Below are positions 44,201 through 56,919 of a DNA stretch of 64,000 nt, one piece after another. The stretch covers positions 45,758,001-45,822,000 of the forward strand of contig OZ076409.1 of assembly GCA_964187785.1 (NCBI GenBank), given 5' to 3'. The notes beneath the pieces were generated by a model. It was not told the origin of the DNA, ran no database searches, and saw only the letters and a list, made by a program, of their open reading frames with translations. Origin of the DNA: Amphiscolops sp. MND2022. Taxonomy: Eukaryota. The translations under genes and the position numbers were made by a program. Positions within the stretch are counted from its first letter, which is position 1; each line of letters begins with the position of its first letter.

Positions 44201-47200
44201 GGCCTAGCTACCCGAAATTTGATATGCTAGCATAACTTATGCCTACGTAACAGAAAAACACGGCGGCGAGGTGCCTGGTTTAATATCTGTCGATTCGGGG
44301 TGACAAAACCTTAATGTACCTTACGGACCACTTTTTTGGATCGAGATTCACAAAAATGTCAATTTCTCAGCTTTGGTTTGTAGCCGGATGCACAATTTGT
44401 CGGGATTTAGTAGCACGTGTGCAAAAATGCAAGAATTTAGGTGCTGGGATACGCCGAAGATATCGCACTGTGCTCGTTTTTAGCTACTCCTGCTAGAAGA
44501 GATTTCGACATGTCCAAAAACTTGTTGCCGATTTCCCGAAATTTCGCAAAAGTAGCACGTTTTTGACTATATCTCGGCACCCACTGATCGGAATGACTCG
44601 CAGTTTTCTGCGTTTGCAACGTTACACGCTATAGTAACAGAAAATAGGCGAGCGAAACCTATCAGGTTCCAAAAAAGTTCTCCCAAAAACTTTTCACTTT
44701 GCACTTTTTACACTCTCGGAACAGTACCGAAAATACGTATTTTGCCAAGAGCTTCCTGTTTCTCTGTTCTCAGACATTACGAAGGGTCTTATCAGTAGTG
44801 TAAAAAGGCGTAACATTTTTTTTCGGGGAACTGGGGTAATTTTAATTATTAGTTGTTTTGTATAACGCTCAGGTCAATGAGGGTCGTCCACTCATGCCTA
44901 TTTGTAACAAAAGAAAAGCACTGCTAAAGTTTCAATTTATTTGGGGGATAGCTAAAATTCGTGTTGGCAGCAGTATTTTGTACTGCTAAGCTCAACAACA
45001 GAGTTTTTGGGCTGCTCAAAAAGCTTGGGGACTAATACCCAAGGCTTCGCCCTTGCTAATTTTGGTCGAAACAACCAAATTCATCATTTTTTGAAACAAT
45101 TTAGCCAAACAAAAGGTTTTGTTCCTGACCTACTAGATCTGTTGGCTTTTTCTAGTATTGGCTTTGGCCGTACTCTATTCTACAGAATTTTGACTTCCAA
45201 AACCTATTAAATCGAATTTTGAGCTATATATGGTGTTATTTTCAAAGTTTCTGCGGTCAAATTGTTTAACAACCGGTTCGAAAACCCACAGGGTACTTTT
45301 CCCAGTTAGTTTGCGTAGAAATAGGCCTGGGAATACCCTTTCTGGGCTGCTAAGTAGTGAAAATCGGGGATATAACCCGGTTGACGTGAGGATACGGCAA
45401 TCACAATGGTATGGAAGGTGTGATTGTGTAGGACGTCACGTCTTCGTGTCAGCTAGCGTGAACCTTCCCCGCGAGTCTTTCGGTCCCCATACTTTTCAAA
45501 TTTGCTGAAATGAGGCTACAGAACACTTTAAAACCAGTTCCGGATAGGCTGGAAAAACTGTTTCAACAGGTATAGCAAAATAGGCTAGAACAAAGCACTA
45601 AAAATAATCTAGGAACCTCCTATAAGTTTTCCTAAAACTTGACCTTCCGGGGCCGGAAAGCAGGACACCCCCTAGATGGACGCGAAAGTGAAAAAGATCC
45701 CTCTGTGGTCGCCAAGAAAACTATTCCAGATGTAACGTCCGGTGCTTAAACGGGTGCTTAAACAGGTGACCGTTGTCTGACTACAGCCATAGGCAAAAGT
45801 TTTTCTCCCAAAATGGTCTCCCAGGGGACTATTCTGACGTCAAAGGGGCCCCCTAAGAGCTCCGAGGTGACAAGCCGGCACTCTCGAAGTCCGGACACGT
45901 CCCACAAGACTGTGAAAACGAGTCCCAAAGAACCTAACGTGTTCCCGCTACTCCTACATACTTCCGAGGTCCAAAAACGGTGTTCAGCAAAAGTGCATTC
46001 TATTTGCAGAAGTAGATCTAAAATTAGCAAAATTGGGATCTGCTAGAACCAATTTCATCACAAATCTACTGAAAGCAATATTGGCAAATACATTAGTTAC
46101 TAAGAGTTCCTCGGGCATATTCAAGATGGTTCCGGAGATCTTACAAAGATCCACTGACTGGTTGCACCTTGATTGTGGAGGGTCTCTTCCGACATTTTTA
46201 TAAATGTAATGGCACCACACTGGGTTTCACTCCCTTTTCAGCCTCTTCCGGGTGTTCTCGGGTGTCGGGGACTACGGGGTGATCTGTTTTTTTTTGGTTC
46301 TTTTACGATTTTCATACCTGCCGGGTCGGCCATCTTGAATGTGCTTATTTGAAACTGCACATTTGGAATTTTTCATCAAAAAATTGTAACATCGACTGCC
46401 TGACGTTACATCCAATGATCTTTTCAACAGTTCCGTTGATTCCAATTCGCAACTTACCAATTCACAAAAGTTGCAATATTTAAAGGCCTCTTTAACAAAC
46501 GATGCTGCTAAATTGTTGTTTTTTTTTACAATTACCTACAGTAATTATCATACCGCATTAGAATTACTCAAAAAACGTTACTATAATCTACGAATGATTG
46601 CTCGTGCACATGTTCAAAGTATTCTCGATCTACCAAAAATGGGAAACGACAACGGAAAGATTTAGGAAAACCAATTGAAAGTGTCGAAGGACATCGGCTC
46701 AGTTTACAAACACTTGGACTGCCAGTTGAGCACTATGATCTTTTCCTTAATGTTTTAAACACCGAAGGTCTAGATCAGGAAAAACACCGACAATGGGAAT
46801 TTGCTACACCTGGCACTGGTCTACAAGATTATGATTTCTTAAAAGCATTCACTGAAACAAGATGTAATGCACTTGAAGTTTCAACCCAACCAGTAAGGAA
46901 ATTTTTCACACCATCTAGGTCACCAGCTTCTCCACAGAGAAATCAAAGCTATTCGGGAACCCAAACGAACAAACTTTGCCTTTTTTGTGTGAAAGACCAT
47001 AAACGTTTCTCCTTTCTTCAATAAAGTGACCTTTCAGTGGAAACCAAAACTGTTTCATTAAAGAGAAACGATTTTGTTTCAATTGTTTACGCAGCGGAGA
47101 GTGTACTATCCCTAACAAATGCAAGGAATGTGAAAGATTACATCATCCTTCTATTCATCGCTCCTGCACAAACGCAAAGTCATATTCCGCAACCGAAGCC

Positions 47201-49202
47201 CCGGAAGCAGTTTCTTCTCTTAGCGCGACTACTGATAAACAAGTTGTTCTCTAAACTGCTATTATTTCTGTTCAAGACATGGTACAGTTTCACTCAAGTT
47301 GCTTTTAGATTTAGGCTCTCAAACAACATTTCCCACTGAAGATGCATGTCAGAAACTGAACTTGGCCAAACAATGTCACAGTTTGGCAGTCTCAGGATTA
47401 GGTGGGAAAACATCCGTGTGCCCAGGTACTCGTAACCTTGAAATTTGGACCAACAATTCAATCTGCAACGATAAAACTTTTACAACTTTATCAAGCTACC
47501 GAGTTATCGAATGAAAATCTATTCTTTGGCAAAACGAGGTACTACCGTCATCTAATTCCTACATTCCTGCTTTGACGTTTCATCGACTAGGAAACAGATA
47601 TCCTACACGGTGGTGTCGCATCAACCAAGGAGATTTTTCCGATTAAAAAAAATCCAATTTTGATTACTAAGAACTCAGCTATTGTCAAAATGTTGATTGC
47701 TGATACCCACTACGAGACTCTGCATGGTGGAGTAGAACTGGCTTTGAATACTATTCGACAAAAATTTTGGATAGTCGCAGCTAAATCACATATAAAATCT
47801 TTCATCAAAAGGTGCGTTACATGCTGCCGTTATAACAGAAAAGAACCAAATCAATAAATGGGTGATCTTCCTGCAGAACGTACTTCAGCTTCCTGGGAGT
47901 TTGATGACGTTTGGATTGATTGCACTGGCTCATTTTAGGTGAAAATTTTATAACAGACGAATCACTCGAAAGTTTTTGTTAGCATCTTTGATTGTATGTC
48001 AACCAAAGGTTGTCATCCTGAAGTTGTTAGCTCGTTAGATGAGAAAGGTTGCCTTGCAACAACTGCATGTTTCTGTGCCCGCCGTGGACGATCTGTTCTT
48101 CCGACAAAGCGACCAACTCCATAGCTTCTCGTTCAGATCTTGATTTTTTTTCAATTCCCATACTTTTACACAGGTTATCAAACAGAATTTGTCATTGAAG
48201 GGGATTGAGTGACTAGTTATCCCTGTCCGTGCCCCATATTCCGGCGGTCTTGGGAAACATCCATTAAGTCACTAAAACATCATTTGCGACAAACAAAGAA
48301 AAAAACAAAACTTATTTCTTGAAGACTTCACAACGCTTCTGACGCAAATCGAAAGTATGCTTAACTCCAGACCAAAAACAGCGATGGTCACCAATGCTAA
48401 TGATCTAACTGCTCTCCGCCGGAACACGTTTTGATCGGATGCATAAATGTCATGCCGGATATTACATGAAGTCCTTCCCGATCAAATAGCTCGAAAGATT
48501 TTCAGCGATTACAGCAAATGAGGAGTACCTTGTGGAAAGAATTGCATCGTAGTTTCATTACTTCCCTCAAAGTAAGGAAGAAATGGACTAATGATAACGA
48601 AGTTTTTGATGGCGATTTGGTTCTGATCGCAGACGGTAATGTTCGGGTTTTGGAATCGTTTGGGTCGAATAACCAAAGTGTTCAAAGTCAACGACAATCG
48701 CACTCGTGTTGTAGAGATTCAAACAGCTAACTGGATCGCATCAGACCAAAAGTTCAATTACGAAAATTGCCCTCATAGAAGATTGTCTTCACTTTCACAC
48801 TTGCCTTTTATTTTGTTGCAATGTTCATCGAGATCGATTTAGTCAAAGTTGATTCCCGGCTTGTCTTTTAATGCTGATTTTATTCCTGTCATACACTCGT
48901 TATTTCATTATTGTTACCTTACTCGCTTGCATTCAATCTGATGGTCATATTCAAACTATATTTTTTAGTTTCTGTATTCCCTAGTAATAGTGATTAAGTA
49001 TTTCAGAGCACAATAACGTCTCCACATGTAATACTGACCAAGATACCCTTGATTGAATGCGATCATTCAAGGTGCGGGAGAATATGGTGATTCATACCAT
49101 TGTGAATCATGTTCGCTGCTACTACTACTTCTGTGAACAATTCTTTTTTCTGTAAAGTCAAGAAAGAAACGTGAGTGAAAGTTACCGTCACAAGTACCCT
49201 CT
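41243..49202 (+). mobile_element. BEL/Pao element BEL-3 with ~120-bp LTRs; RT/RNase H deleted; gag interrupted by another LTR element
   Basis: LTRs 41243-41361 and 49085-49202. atcaag on both flanks. PBS tggtgccgcga at 41369. PPT gcgggagaa. DUF1759-like gag SFSGN..WTSF|.NDLFNSSV..QKLQYLKASL, protease LDLGSQTTF, integrase HGGVELALNTIRQKFWI. Confidence 0.88.
42107..46410 (-). mobile_element. Non-autonomous LTR element (4.3 kb, no recognisable gag/pol) nested in BEL-3 gag
   Basis: LTRs tgtaacgtcc...ctgacgttaca at 42107-42418 and 45731-46410. Purine tract cagggagga next to the 3' LTR. tggcgaccacagagggatc PBS-like site near the 5' LTR. Host gag frame resumes at 46411. Confidence 0.85.
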
Positions 49203-49500
49203 ATCAAGAGTCAACATATGCTCGAGAACTCTAACGATGTCCGGCAGAGTCACTTGGATTTGAGCGTATCTGATGATCTTACACGGAACGAACATATTGA
49301 ACGACGATGCAACAAGGCTATGAAAACATTCTACCGTATATAAAGGTCTTCAGCACCAAAAATGACCGAAAAAATAGAGCAAGACAGAAATTGTGGCTAC
49401 ATATTGCCCGGACTCAACTATGATTATCAAGTGTATCGTGCTAGCATAACGAGTTTGAGATCAATGTAAAGCATTCAACGCAAAAAGAAATGGAGTCTTC
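49203..49500 (+). mobile_element. Decayed LINE ORF2 C-terminal fragment (target of BEL-3)
   Basis: LDLSVSDDLTRNEHIERRCNKAMKTFYRI resembles LGVxISxDLSWxxHI. Confidence 0.55.
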
Positions 49501-49864
49501 ATTAAACTTCAAAAGAGAATGAAGATTGAAAATTATAAATTACTTCGTCAGCTTGTACAGGGAAAAACAATATCAGTATTAGACATTAAGTCGAAAAGTG
49601 AAACGTTTCTGATCCAAGATGGATCATCTTCACCATAATTCTAAAAATATAGCACCGTTCAACGGAAGTGTCAGGATAAGATGGCTGAAAGCCGAACAGC
49701 TGACCGACAACCGATGAAACGATGGAGGTCGAATTGGATAGCATACTTGACAGGTACGTGCCAGACAGTGAACTGGATTGAATTTTTTCTGCCACCTGCT
49801 GTGGCCTGTAAACACTAGTATAATTTTTCAGACGTATTATGATGACATTATGATTGTTTTCTGA

Positions 49865-50075
49865 AATTTTGGACATTTTTCCCAATTTTAGACACTCCCT
49901 GATTTTAGACTTTATTCCACTTTTTAGACGATATTCCTTCTTTCAGAGGGTATTCCACTTTTTAGACGTTATTCCCGAGCTTTTAGACGTTATTCCTTTT
50001 CTTTCCAATTTAGATGTTACTCCTCTAGACGTTGTTCCCGGTGGATATTTAGACGGTACTACTGAGACGTTATTG
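49865..50075 (+). repeat. Degenerate short tandem motif (ttagacgttattcc) next to the assembly gap
   Basis: Roughly 10 variants of ttagacgttattcc. Confidence 0.7.
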
Positions 50076-50098
50076 CTTCCTCTAGTCAGGGCCCATAA

Positions 50099-50298
50099 NN
50101 NNNNNNNNNNNNNNNNNNNNNNNNNNNNNNNNNNNNNNNNNNNNNNNNNNNNNNNNNNNNNNNNNNNNNNNNNNNNNNNNNNNNNNNNNNNNNNNNNNNN
50201 NNNNNNNNNNNNNNNNNNNNNNNNNNNNNNNNNNNNNNNNNNNNNNNNNNNNNNNNNNNNNNNNNNNNNNNNNNNNNNNNNNNNNNNNNNNNNNNNNN
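50099..50298. other. Assembly gap (200 N)
   Basis: Run of N. Confidence 1.
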
Positions 50299-50899
50299 AG
50301 AACTAAGGAAAAAACAAAAGAACAAAATTAGGAGACGATTGAGGTAACTACAAGAGCTACGACAAGCTAAACCGTTTCGTCAGCTGTCGCTGGCGGTACT
50401 CCCCGCGCTTTTTGAGTGCCGGCCTCCTCCTTGCGATATATAACGCTTCCAAAGTCAAAAGTTTATTGCTGTCAAGCCAACTGTCGATGATCTCTGCGGT
50501 CACCCTGAATGCACCCCAAAGGTGACAAATTCTTCAAATGCTTGGATGGCTTCGGGCAATAAGTTCGATTTACTAAGTTCGAATTTGAACTTGTGCAATA
50601 AGTTCGAATGGATAGTTTCTAGTTTCGAGACACCAAGTTCGATGTTTCTTATCGGGCATATCCGGTGTAAACTGGACATCCTTCACACAAGATCCTGAGA
50701 GCTCCTCTGCCTACGATCTAAAGGAATCTAAAAACTGAAACGTGGGGCAGATCCGGTGTATGCACGCTCGCCCTCACCGTCGCTAAGACCAGCTCCCACT
50801 ACGATCGCTTAGCGATCTCCGTTCCCGCTAGGACTTTGCTCCTGTTCGACCTCGCTTAGCAAGATGAAATGGGGAAATATCAGAGGCACGTTTCATACT

Positions 50900-51530
50900 T
50901 AGTTCAAAATACGAACACAGTGATTCGAACTTGTTCCGGCATTCGGAAAATTCCAACTTATTCCATTCGGAAACATTATTTCACAAACGACACGACTTTT
51001 CAAGCATTTGAGCCATTGGTGGTGAATATTGTGCCAACTACTTACGATCCTAGAATTCTGGCGAATTGTCACTCTCTCGACCACGGTACTCCATGAACAA
51101 AACTGGTTTCTTATCCCTTGAGTTCTTAGAATTATCCCGAAAGTCATGCCTGATCTCAGATGGGTTACGATCTCGATGGTACTGCGGACGATGTCCTGGT
51201 CGAAGGAAGGCGGATATCAGCTAGCTTCCCATATTTTATTTGCCTTCTCAATATCCTGATGGACAGAATTCCATTTTGATGTCGCTTGGTTGATCCTGTG
51301 CACTGTTCCCTTCACGTTATTTCGTTTGTATTTGTTTGGAGCAAAACTATGGAAGGGAAGTACTAAACCAGTGATCCACAACGCCTCATACACAGAACAC
51401 TGCTTCTCAGCTGGGTGAAGCTCAGTTTCGTTCTAATTCATGAAACAACATCTGCGTATTGTTTGTTTGTCTTGTCGCTGATCAAGCTAGCGAATCGTTT
51501 TATCGCTCTGGTCGCTGGTAGGCCTGTGCC
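50900..51530 (-). mobile_element. Penelope-like retroelement fragment (RT C-terminus/thumb and linker)
   Basis: LPFHSFAPNKYKRNNVKGTVHRINQATSKWNSVHQDIEKANKIWEAS*YPPSF...KPVLFMEYRGRESD...LKSRVV. Confidence 0.65.
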
Positions 51531-51539
51531 TCTAGTGCA

Positions 51540-53330
51540 TGAAAAAATCAGCGTACCGACGTTGTGCTTTTGACTTTGACGACACGCTCTTCCTTTTTGC
51601 TTTTTTTAATCGTCACGTGGTATTTGTATGCGTCTGCGATGCTTTTGAGGTACGATTTCGCATGCGGGTTCAAGACCTTGATGTTCGTCTTGACTCCCAA
51701 ACGACCATTTTTTTGATGTCCAGTCGAGCCTCATCTTTTTGGGTTGTTGGTTTGTTATCAAAACGCTTACTTTGTAACGGTTAAAGAATCAGTTTGATTC
51801 ATACGTCGTAGCATACCTCGTCCATGTTAGGCACTTTCATCTCTGATTTCATTTTGCCTGATGTGAGTGTACCCACCTTCGGAACAATGCATTGTATGCA
51901 AATTGGTGATTTTTTGCCCCATGAACGATGGGAGAGGTATCGTTTGGGGTCCCATCCATAGCTTAGAGGTATTCTATCTCTGAATTTAGATTTAGATAAG
52001 TCAAAGTTATAACGTTTTAACGAGAGGGCGTGATCCAACTTGACAATCTTTTTTGTGAGGCAAGTTCGAGTGAATAAGTTTGGCTATCATCAAATTCACG
52101 AATCAGATGACTTCGTTTCATTATCAAAAATTTCAGTTTGTTATGAGAATTGACTGAGCTATGGCAATTTGAACTGCTGATATTGTTATGCCATAGCTTT
52201 CAAGAAATGGTTCCGTCATTTGTTTGAGCGAGCATATCCATGTGTTCGGTCATCAGGCATAAATATGTTCAGATCACCGTCTTTTTTTGGTGATTAAAAC
52301 ACTTTTCAAGATTTTGATCAATATCGTTTTTTGCCAAACGTTTTTTGTAACAATTGATCGCTGATCGCAAACACTCGCTACCCAGCATGGTCCGGCATGA
52401 ATGTTATCTTATGCTCAACTCCTTGTGAATTGGTTTTTTACACGGATTGTGGCGACACTTTGGAAAAATCAGTCAACTTTTGGATCAGCGTAACAATTTT
52501 ATTTGGTTTGTCGAGAATGGAGGAAACACACGCAGTGTCACTATAGATGATGCAGTCCAGCACTCTGTGTCCATTCAATAGATCAATGTCTTGATCTGTT
52601 AAACTTTCCCGTCCAATTTCAACCGGTCAATCAAATGTCATTCCGTTTAGTGAACCAGGTTCTGACCCGAGAAGGCTGCGATTTGCGTGCTCAATGCCGC
52701 ATTTTCTATCGAGGCATAAGTGATCATCTCCACCAAAAGCTATGATATCAGATTTCAGGCAAGCTGTTATTGTTCTGCCAATAACCCTTCGGAGGATTTC
52801 GTCGACCCTGATAGGTCCAACGCCTGGATTTTTGTCCAGTTTTTTGAGTCTGCAAGTGGTTTATGGTGAAGTAGGATTGGTCAACATCTGTGTTTGCCCT
52901 TTTTCTTTTGAGTGACGCTATCGTTTTACAGTATCGATTGAGGGGTTTTTGACGACGGCCGAGTTTCTCTGCCATTCGTGTGCATTCAAGCCTGGAAAGC
53001 CATGTGAATCAATCGTTTTAATACCGGAATCTTTGATTGCACCTTGTGAGAAATAGTGTGATGGTATAGTAGCGTTTCTTCATAACAATTTCTCCCTCTA
53101 TATGACTCGTCGGTTGGTTTTGGATTCGAGTGTTTCTGTTCAAGTATGTTCATGACGGATTGTCCTCTCATTTTGTGCTTTGTTGAAAAAAGATTGTCTT
53201 TTGGTTCATCCGTCAGGCATCTAATGGCATTGCCTTTTGACATTTGATTGTCAACTCTTTGGATTCGTCGAATAATCTTGTTCCGGATGTGTTGTTCAGC
53301 CTTTGCTGCTAATGTGGCAACTTGAACCGA
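51540..53330 (-). mobile_element. Decayed CRE-like non-LTR retrotransposon
   Basis: ALSLKRYNFDLSKSKFRDRIPLSYGWDP (cf. ALPL..FxLxKxEFRD.I.LRYGW), ILEQKH, and a DEARLDI-like RLE remnant. Confidence 0.65.
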
Positions 53331-53729
53331 AAGAAGTCTTTAGATATTGTAGTGAGGAGCAGTTCTTTGAACCTTATGTCTACAAAACAAAATCAACAAA
53401 ACCACTGAATTATGCATTTCTACCAAATTGAATGATTGTCGAGAAATATCAAAACAGTGTCACGAATTCTATCAACCTTGGAAGTTACTTGCGCCGGAAC
53501 GGCAAAAAACAACCACTAACATGGATGGTAGGTATTGCCTAGGTAGTAAACCGATTCAAATTAAACCTTTAAAAAACAAGAAAGAGAAACTTCAATGTGT
53601 TAAGTTAGGAAAAAGTCCTGTTTTGAGATGGCATGAGCTCTTGACAGCATCCAAGAGCGCCAGAATGCTTTTTGAAAACTCTGTCTTTTCAGCTTTATGA
53701 AATTGGATGAGAACAAAGGGTCTTTTTAT

Positions 53730-54283
53730 TGGGCGGCCTTTACGAAGAGAAAGCACAATTCTTTCAGCGGCTAGTTTTTTTCAACGCGATCAGTCCACTT
53801 TTTGTGCATAATGCACTTTCACAATAAGTACTTAGTACTTCATTTTGAACCCATCCAAAGCCTCTAACATGAAGTGAAAAATCATTCCCAGGCAGAAGGG
53901 CCCCCTTTTTTGACACTACGATACTTCCCCCTTTTGGGCTTCGTGAAACTTTTTTTCGAAAATTTTCCAATGTCTGCAAAGGGTCCTCCTTCGTTTTTCT
54001 GGCATTTTGCAACTGAATGAATGTTGAAAAAGCCCGGAGGGTCTCCCTTTTACATTTTTTGGTACCATGAGACTGTTCAAAATTCTCATTTTGTGTTTTT
54101 TTCGAAATTTGTAAAATGTCTTCAAAGGTTCCCTTCCAATTTTCTTGATATTTTACAACAAACTGGATTTTCAAAATCCCAGAGGGTCCCCCTTTTACAA
54201 TTTTGAAACCTTTGCGCGTTTTGAGCCCTAAATATATTTTTTGAATCTATTTTTGCGCCAACTTTAGACGTTGCCGTCTTTTT
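53730..54283 (+). mobile_element. HINE family B copy, opposite orientation
   Basis: Reverse-complement similarity to 11856-12343. Ends gcgccaactttagacgttgccgtctttt. Confidence 0.6.
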
Positions 54284-56224
54284 TGAGGTTGTTCCGACCC
54301 CAGAGATTTTTTAAAAAGTTTTTTGTCACTTGGTGTCTTTGTTCATTTCCGTTGTTTGAAGTTTTCAGTTATGAAAGACGTTCTTCATGCCAAAAGGTTC
54401 TCACTGGTGGATATTTTTGACACTCTTCAATTTTCTTTCCTGCTATATGGGGAAATTTGGCATTGTGCGACTTTTACGAGAAATTAGTTTTCAAACAGAA
54501 ACTGGCTTTTCAGTCTTGAAAGATCCCGATATGAGTTTGTACCCCTGAATTGGACACCTTTTTAAATTATTTTCTCACCAATTTGTTCTTCCCATGGTTT
54601 CCTAGTTTGTATTGAATCAGTAACGTTCAAATTGAATTGAATAAATACCTTTTTTCATATAATCCCTTTTCCAATGAAAAATGCGAGTGTGTTTTGGAAA
54701 TGAAATGTGGTAATATGTTAAACGATCCAATAATTTGGAAAAGCCTCCATTCTCAAAGTGGTAAAAATTCACACAGAAAGGAAGTCGAAACTTCACTTTC
54801 AGTGCTTGACTTTTAAATTGTTTCGGCAGTTTTCCTAATACGCTTTGAGAAAAACGTTTTTCTCAAAGCGTATTAACCAAGCTTCCGAAACACTTTAACA
54901 GTCACTTCTTTCACATGGTTGCAAAAAAATTCCTGATAAAAAGTTGTCTAGAAGTCCAAAAAAAGTCAATGTTTCCAGTTTTATACCACTTTATATATCT
55001 ATCTTCAGTTTTTAAGTTTTTTTACACAGCTATCCAGTGATTTCAACACCAAACTATTTGACTTCGTAACATTCTTTTCAGAGATAAGTATAGAGTTTCA
55101 TTAGAGGACATCTCCTTATGAAGAATTTTTTGGATGTTTCCGTAAGTATGAAAATCCAGGAGTTTGGGATCCAGGAACGTCCAGGGAGAAAAAATCATCT
55201 AGTCCAATCAGCACATTTTTATGCAGAGAAATCACGAGTTTTTACTGCAAATGACTGTGAAAATGCAAAACAACAAATTTCAAATTTTTAGTTATCTTGC
55301 ATGTGTATGGCATTACGCCCATAATTGTGCGGCTTCAAATATCTCTAAACACACCATTCTTGAACACTGAGAGAGTCCTTCATCACTAGCATAAATACTA
55401 GTCTTATAGTATCTAGAACAAGATGGTTCTGACTTTCAAGATTCCTCGGCCCTCCTCAAGAACTTTGCTTGAGATGAAATTGAAAAAGAAACGTCGCAAC
55501 TGTTTCAAGATTCAGATTACATAAATGTCAAGTTACCAAAGTGAAGTGTCATAAGCAAAATTAGAGCACCAAGATAGTCGATTCTCAAGATTTCCGCATT
55601 AGAGGACCGTTGAGTTTATCTGTTGAAGTGTACTTGAAACAAGTAGAACACTTTCTTATCTTTACCACAAATTTCATTGAGAGAAACTCATTGAGTGTGT
55701 TCACATCGCAATATCAGTTGCGAATGTAAGTAATTGACGGGGTAACAATATTTCGCCAACCTCGATTTACCAAAATTGCTCTGAAAAATCGTACTTCTAA
55801 AAAGATCAGCGGATGTGTAAGATTGTCCTTACTTTTCGATTTCCGTTGTTTTCTTTCGATTACTACATGCAAAAAATTACGAAGACAAGATAAAATTCAT
55901 TAAACTGAATATATGAGATAAAATATGCAATTTTGTAGCTTTGAGTGTTTCTAAATATTCTGAAATGAAATACAAGGTCTTTTGAATAATTCAGAAATTT
56001 TTCCCAGGATTTTTATTTCAAGTGTGTTACTCAATTCTGAACAAACGGCTCATTGAAGAATTGGTAAAAAAGGAAACTGTTTTTTTGAAAAGCATCTTCG
56101 AAGTTGAGCCAATGAACAGAAATTGATCATTTTCCAGGTAGAATCAAAAAAATCAATAATCAATTGTTGTAATCAAACTTTATTCGTGAATTTAGTTGAA
56201 ATTCTGAGATAGAGTCATTCGTTT

Positions 56225-56919
56225 CTATTTATTGTTTCGTGTGCATTGTTTCGTATGTATTGTTTCGTATGTATTGTTTTGTATATTTTGGCGCGTGTAA
56301 GGGGTAAAGTCCACGTGTTCTCTTATATCACATGCGGACTGTGAGTCCTTCTTTGTTATTTTAGCATTTGGCTTCTTCCACGCATTACTAATACCAAATT
56401 CGCTTGAGGACGTACCCGCCCCAATGCCATTTCGGTCCAAATGCAAACTTCCCATTATGCTCACTATTTCAGGCAAAACGCCCCAGTGCCGTTTCGGTCC
56501 AAATGCAAACTTCCCATTATGCTCACTATTTCAGGCAAAACCCTATCGTTCATTGCTAAACTTATGGTACTATTGATCTGAGTTTGCATTGTGTCCATTA
56601 ATGAGTCTATTTCTTGGGGAAATCTAGCATTCATTTCACCCAAATAAATCTCAATAGATTCTGTTAGTCTATTACGACGTGATAGCTCATTTCCGACTTA
56701 TAAATTCCTGATTTCGTTCTGTTGGGAAGAGCACTCAGTATTTGGTACGGACTCAGAGTCTTGTTGACGCTAAGGTCGAATTAAGATTTTGTCCAAATCC
56801 CTTTCTAATGAGTTTTAATTTCCTTCTCCTAACATGACGTCCATGTTGCCGTAATCGGACAATATGTCCATTTCTCTATATATTCTAGCTTTCGCTTTTC
56901 GTTTCCTGGTTGAAGGCAT
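56225..56919 (-). pseudogene. Decayed orphan ORF (MPSTRKRKAK...SDYGNMDVMLG...), probably retroelement-derived, with a 62-bp tandem duplication (56418-56541) and a 14-bp repeat tail
   Basis: ATG at 56919 followed by a reading frame with in-frame stops. Duplicated unit gcccca.tgcc.tttcggtccaaatg...ggcaaaac. Confidence 0.4.

Noticed and set aside
49854..50325. ORFs spanning the N run
   Set aside because: Artefacts of the assembly gap and the adjacent short repeat.
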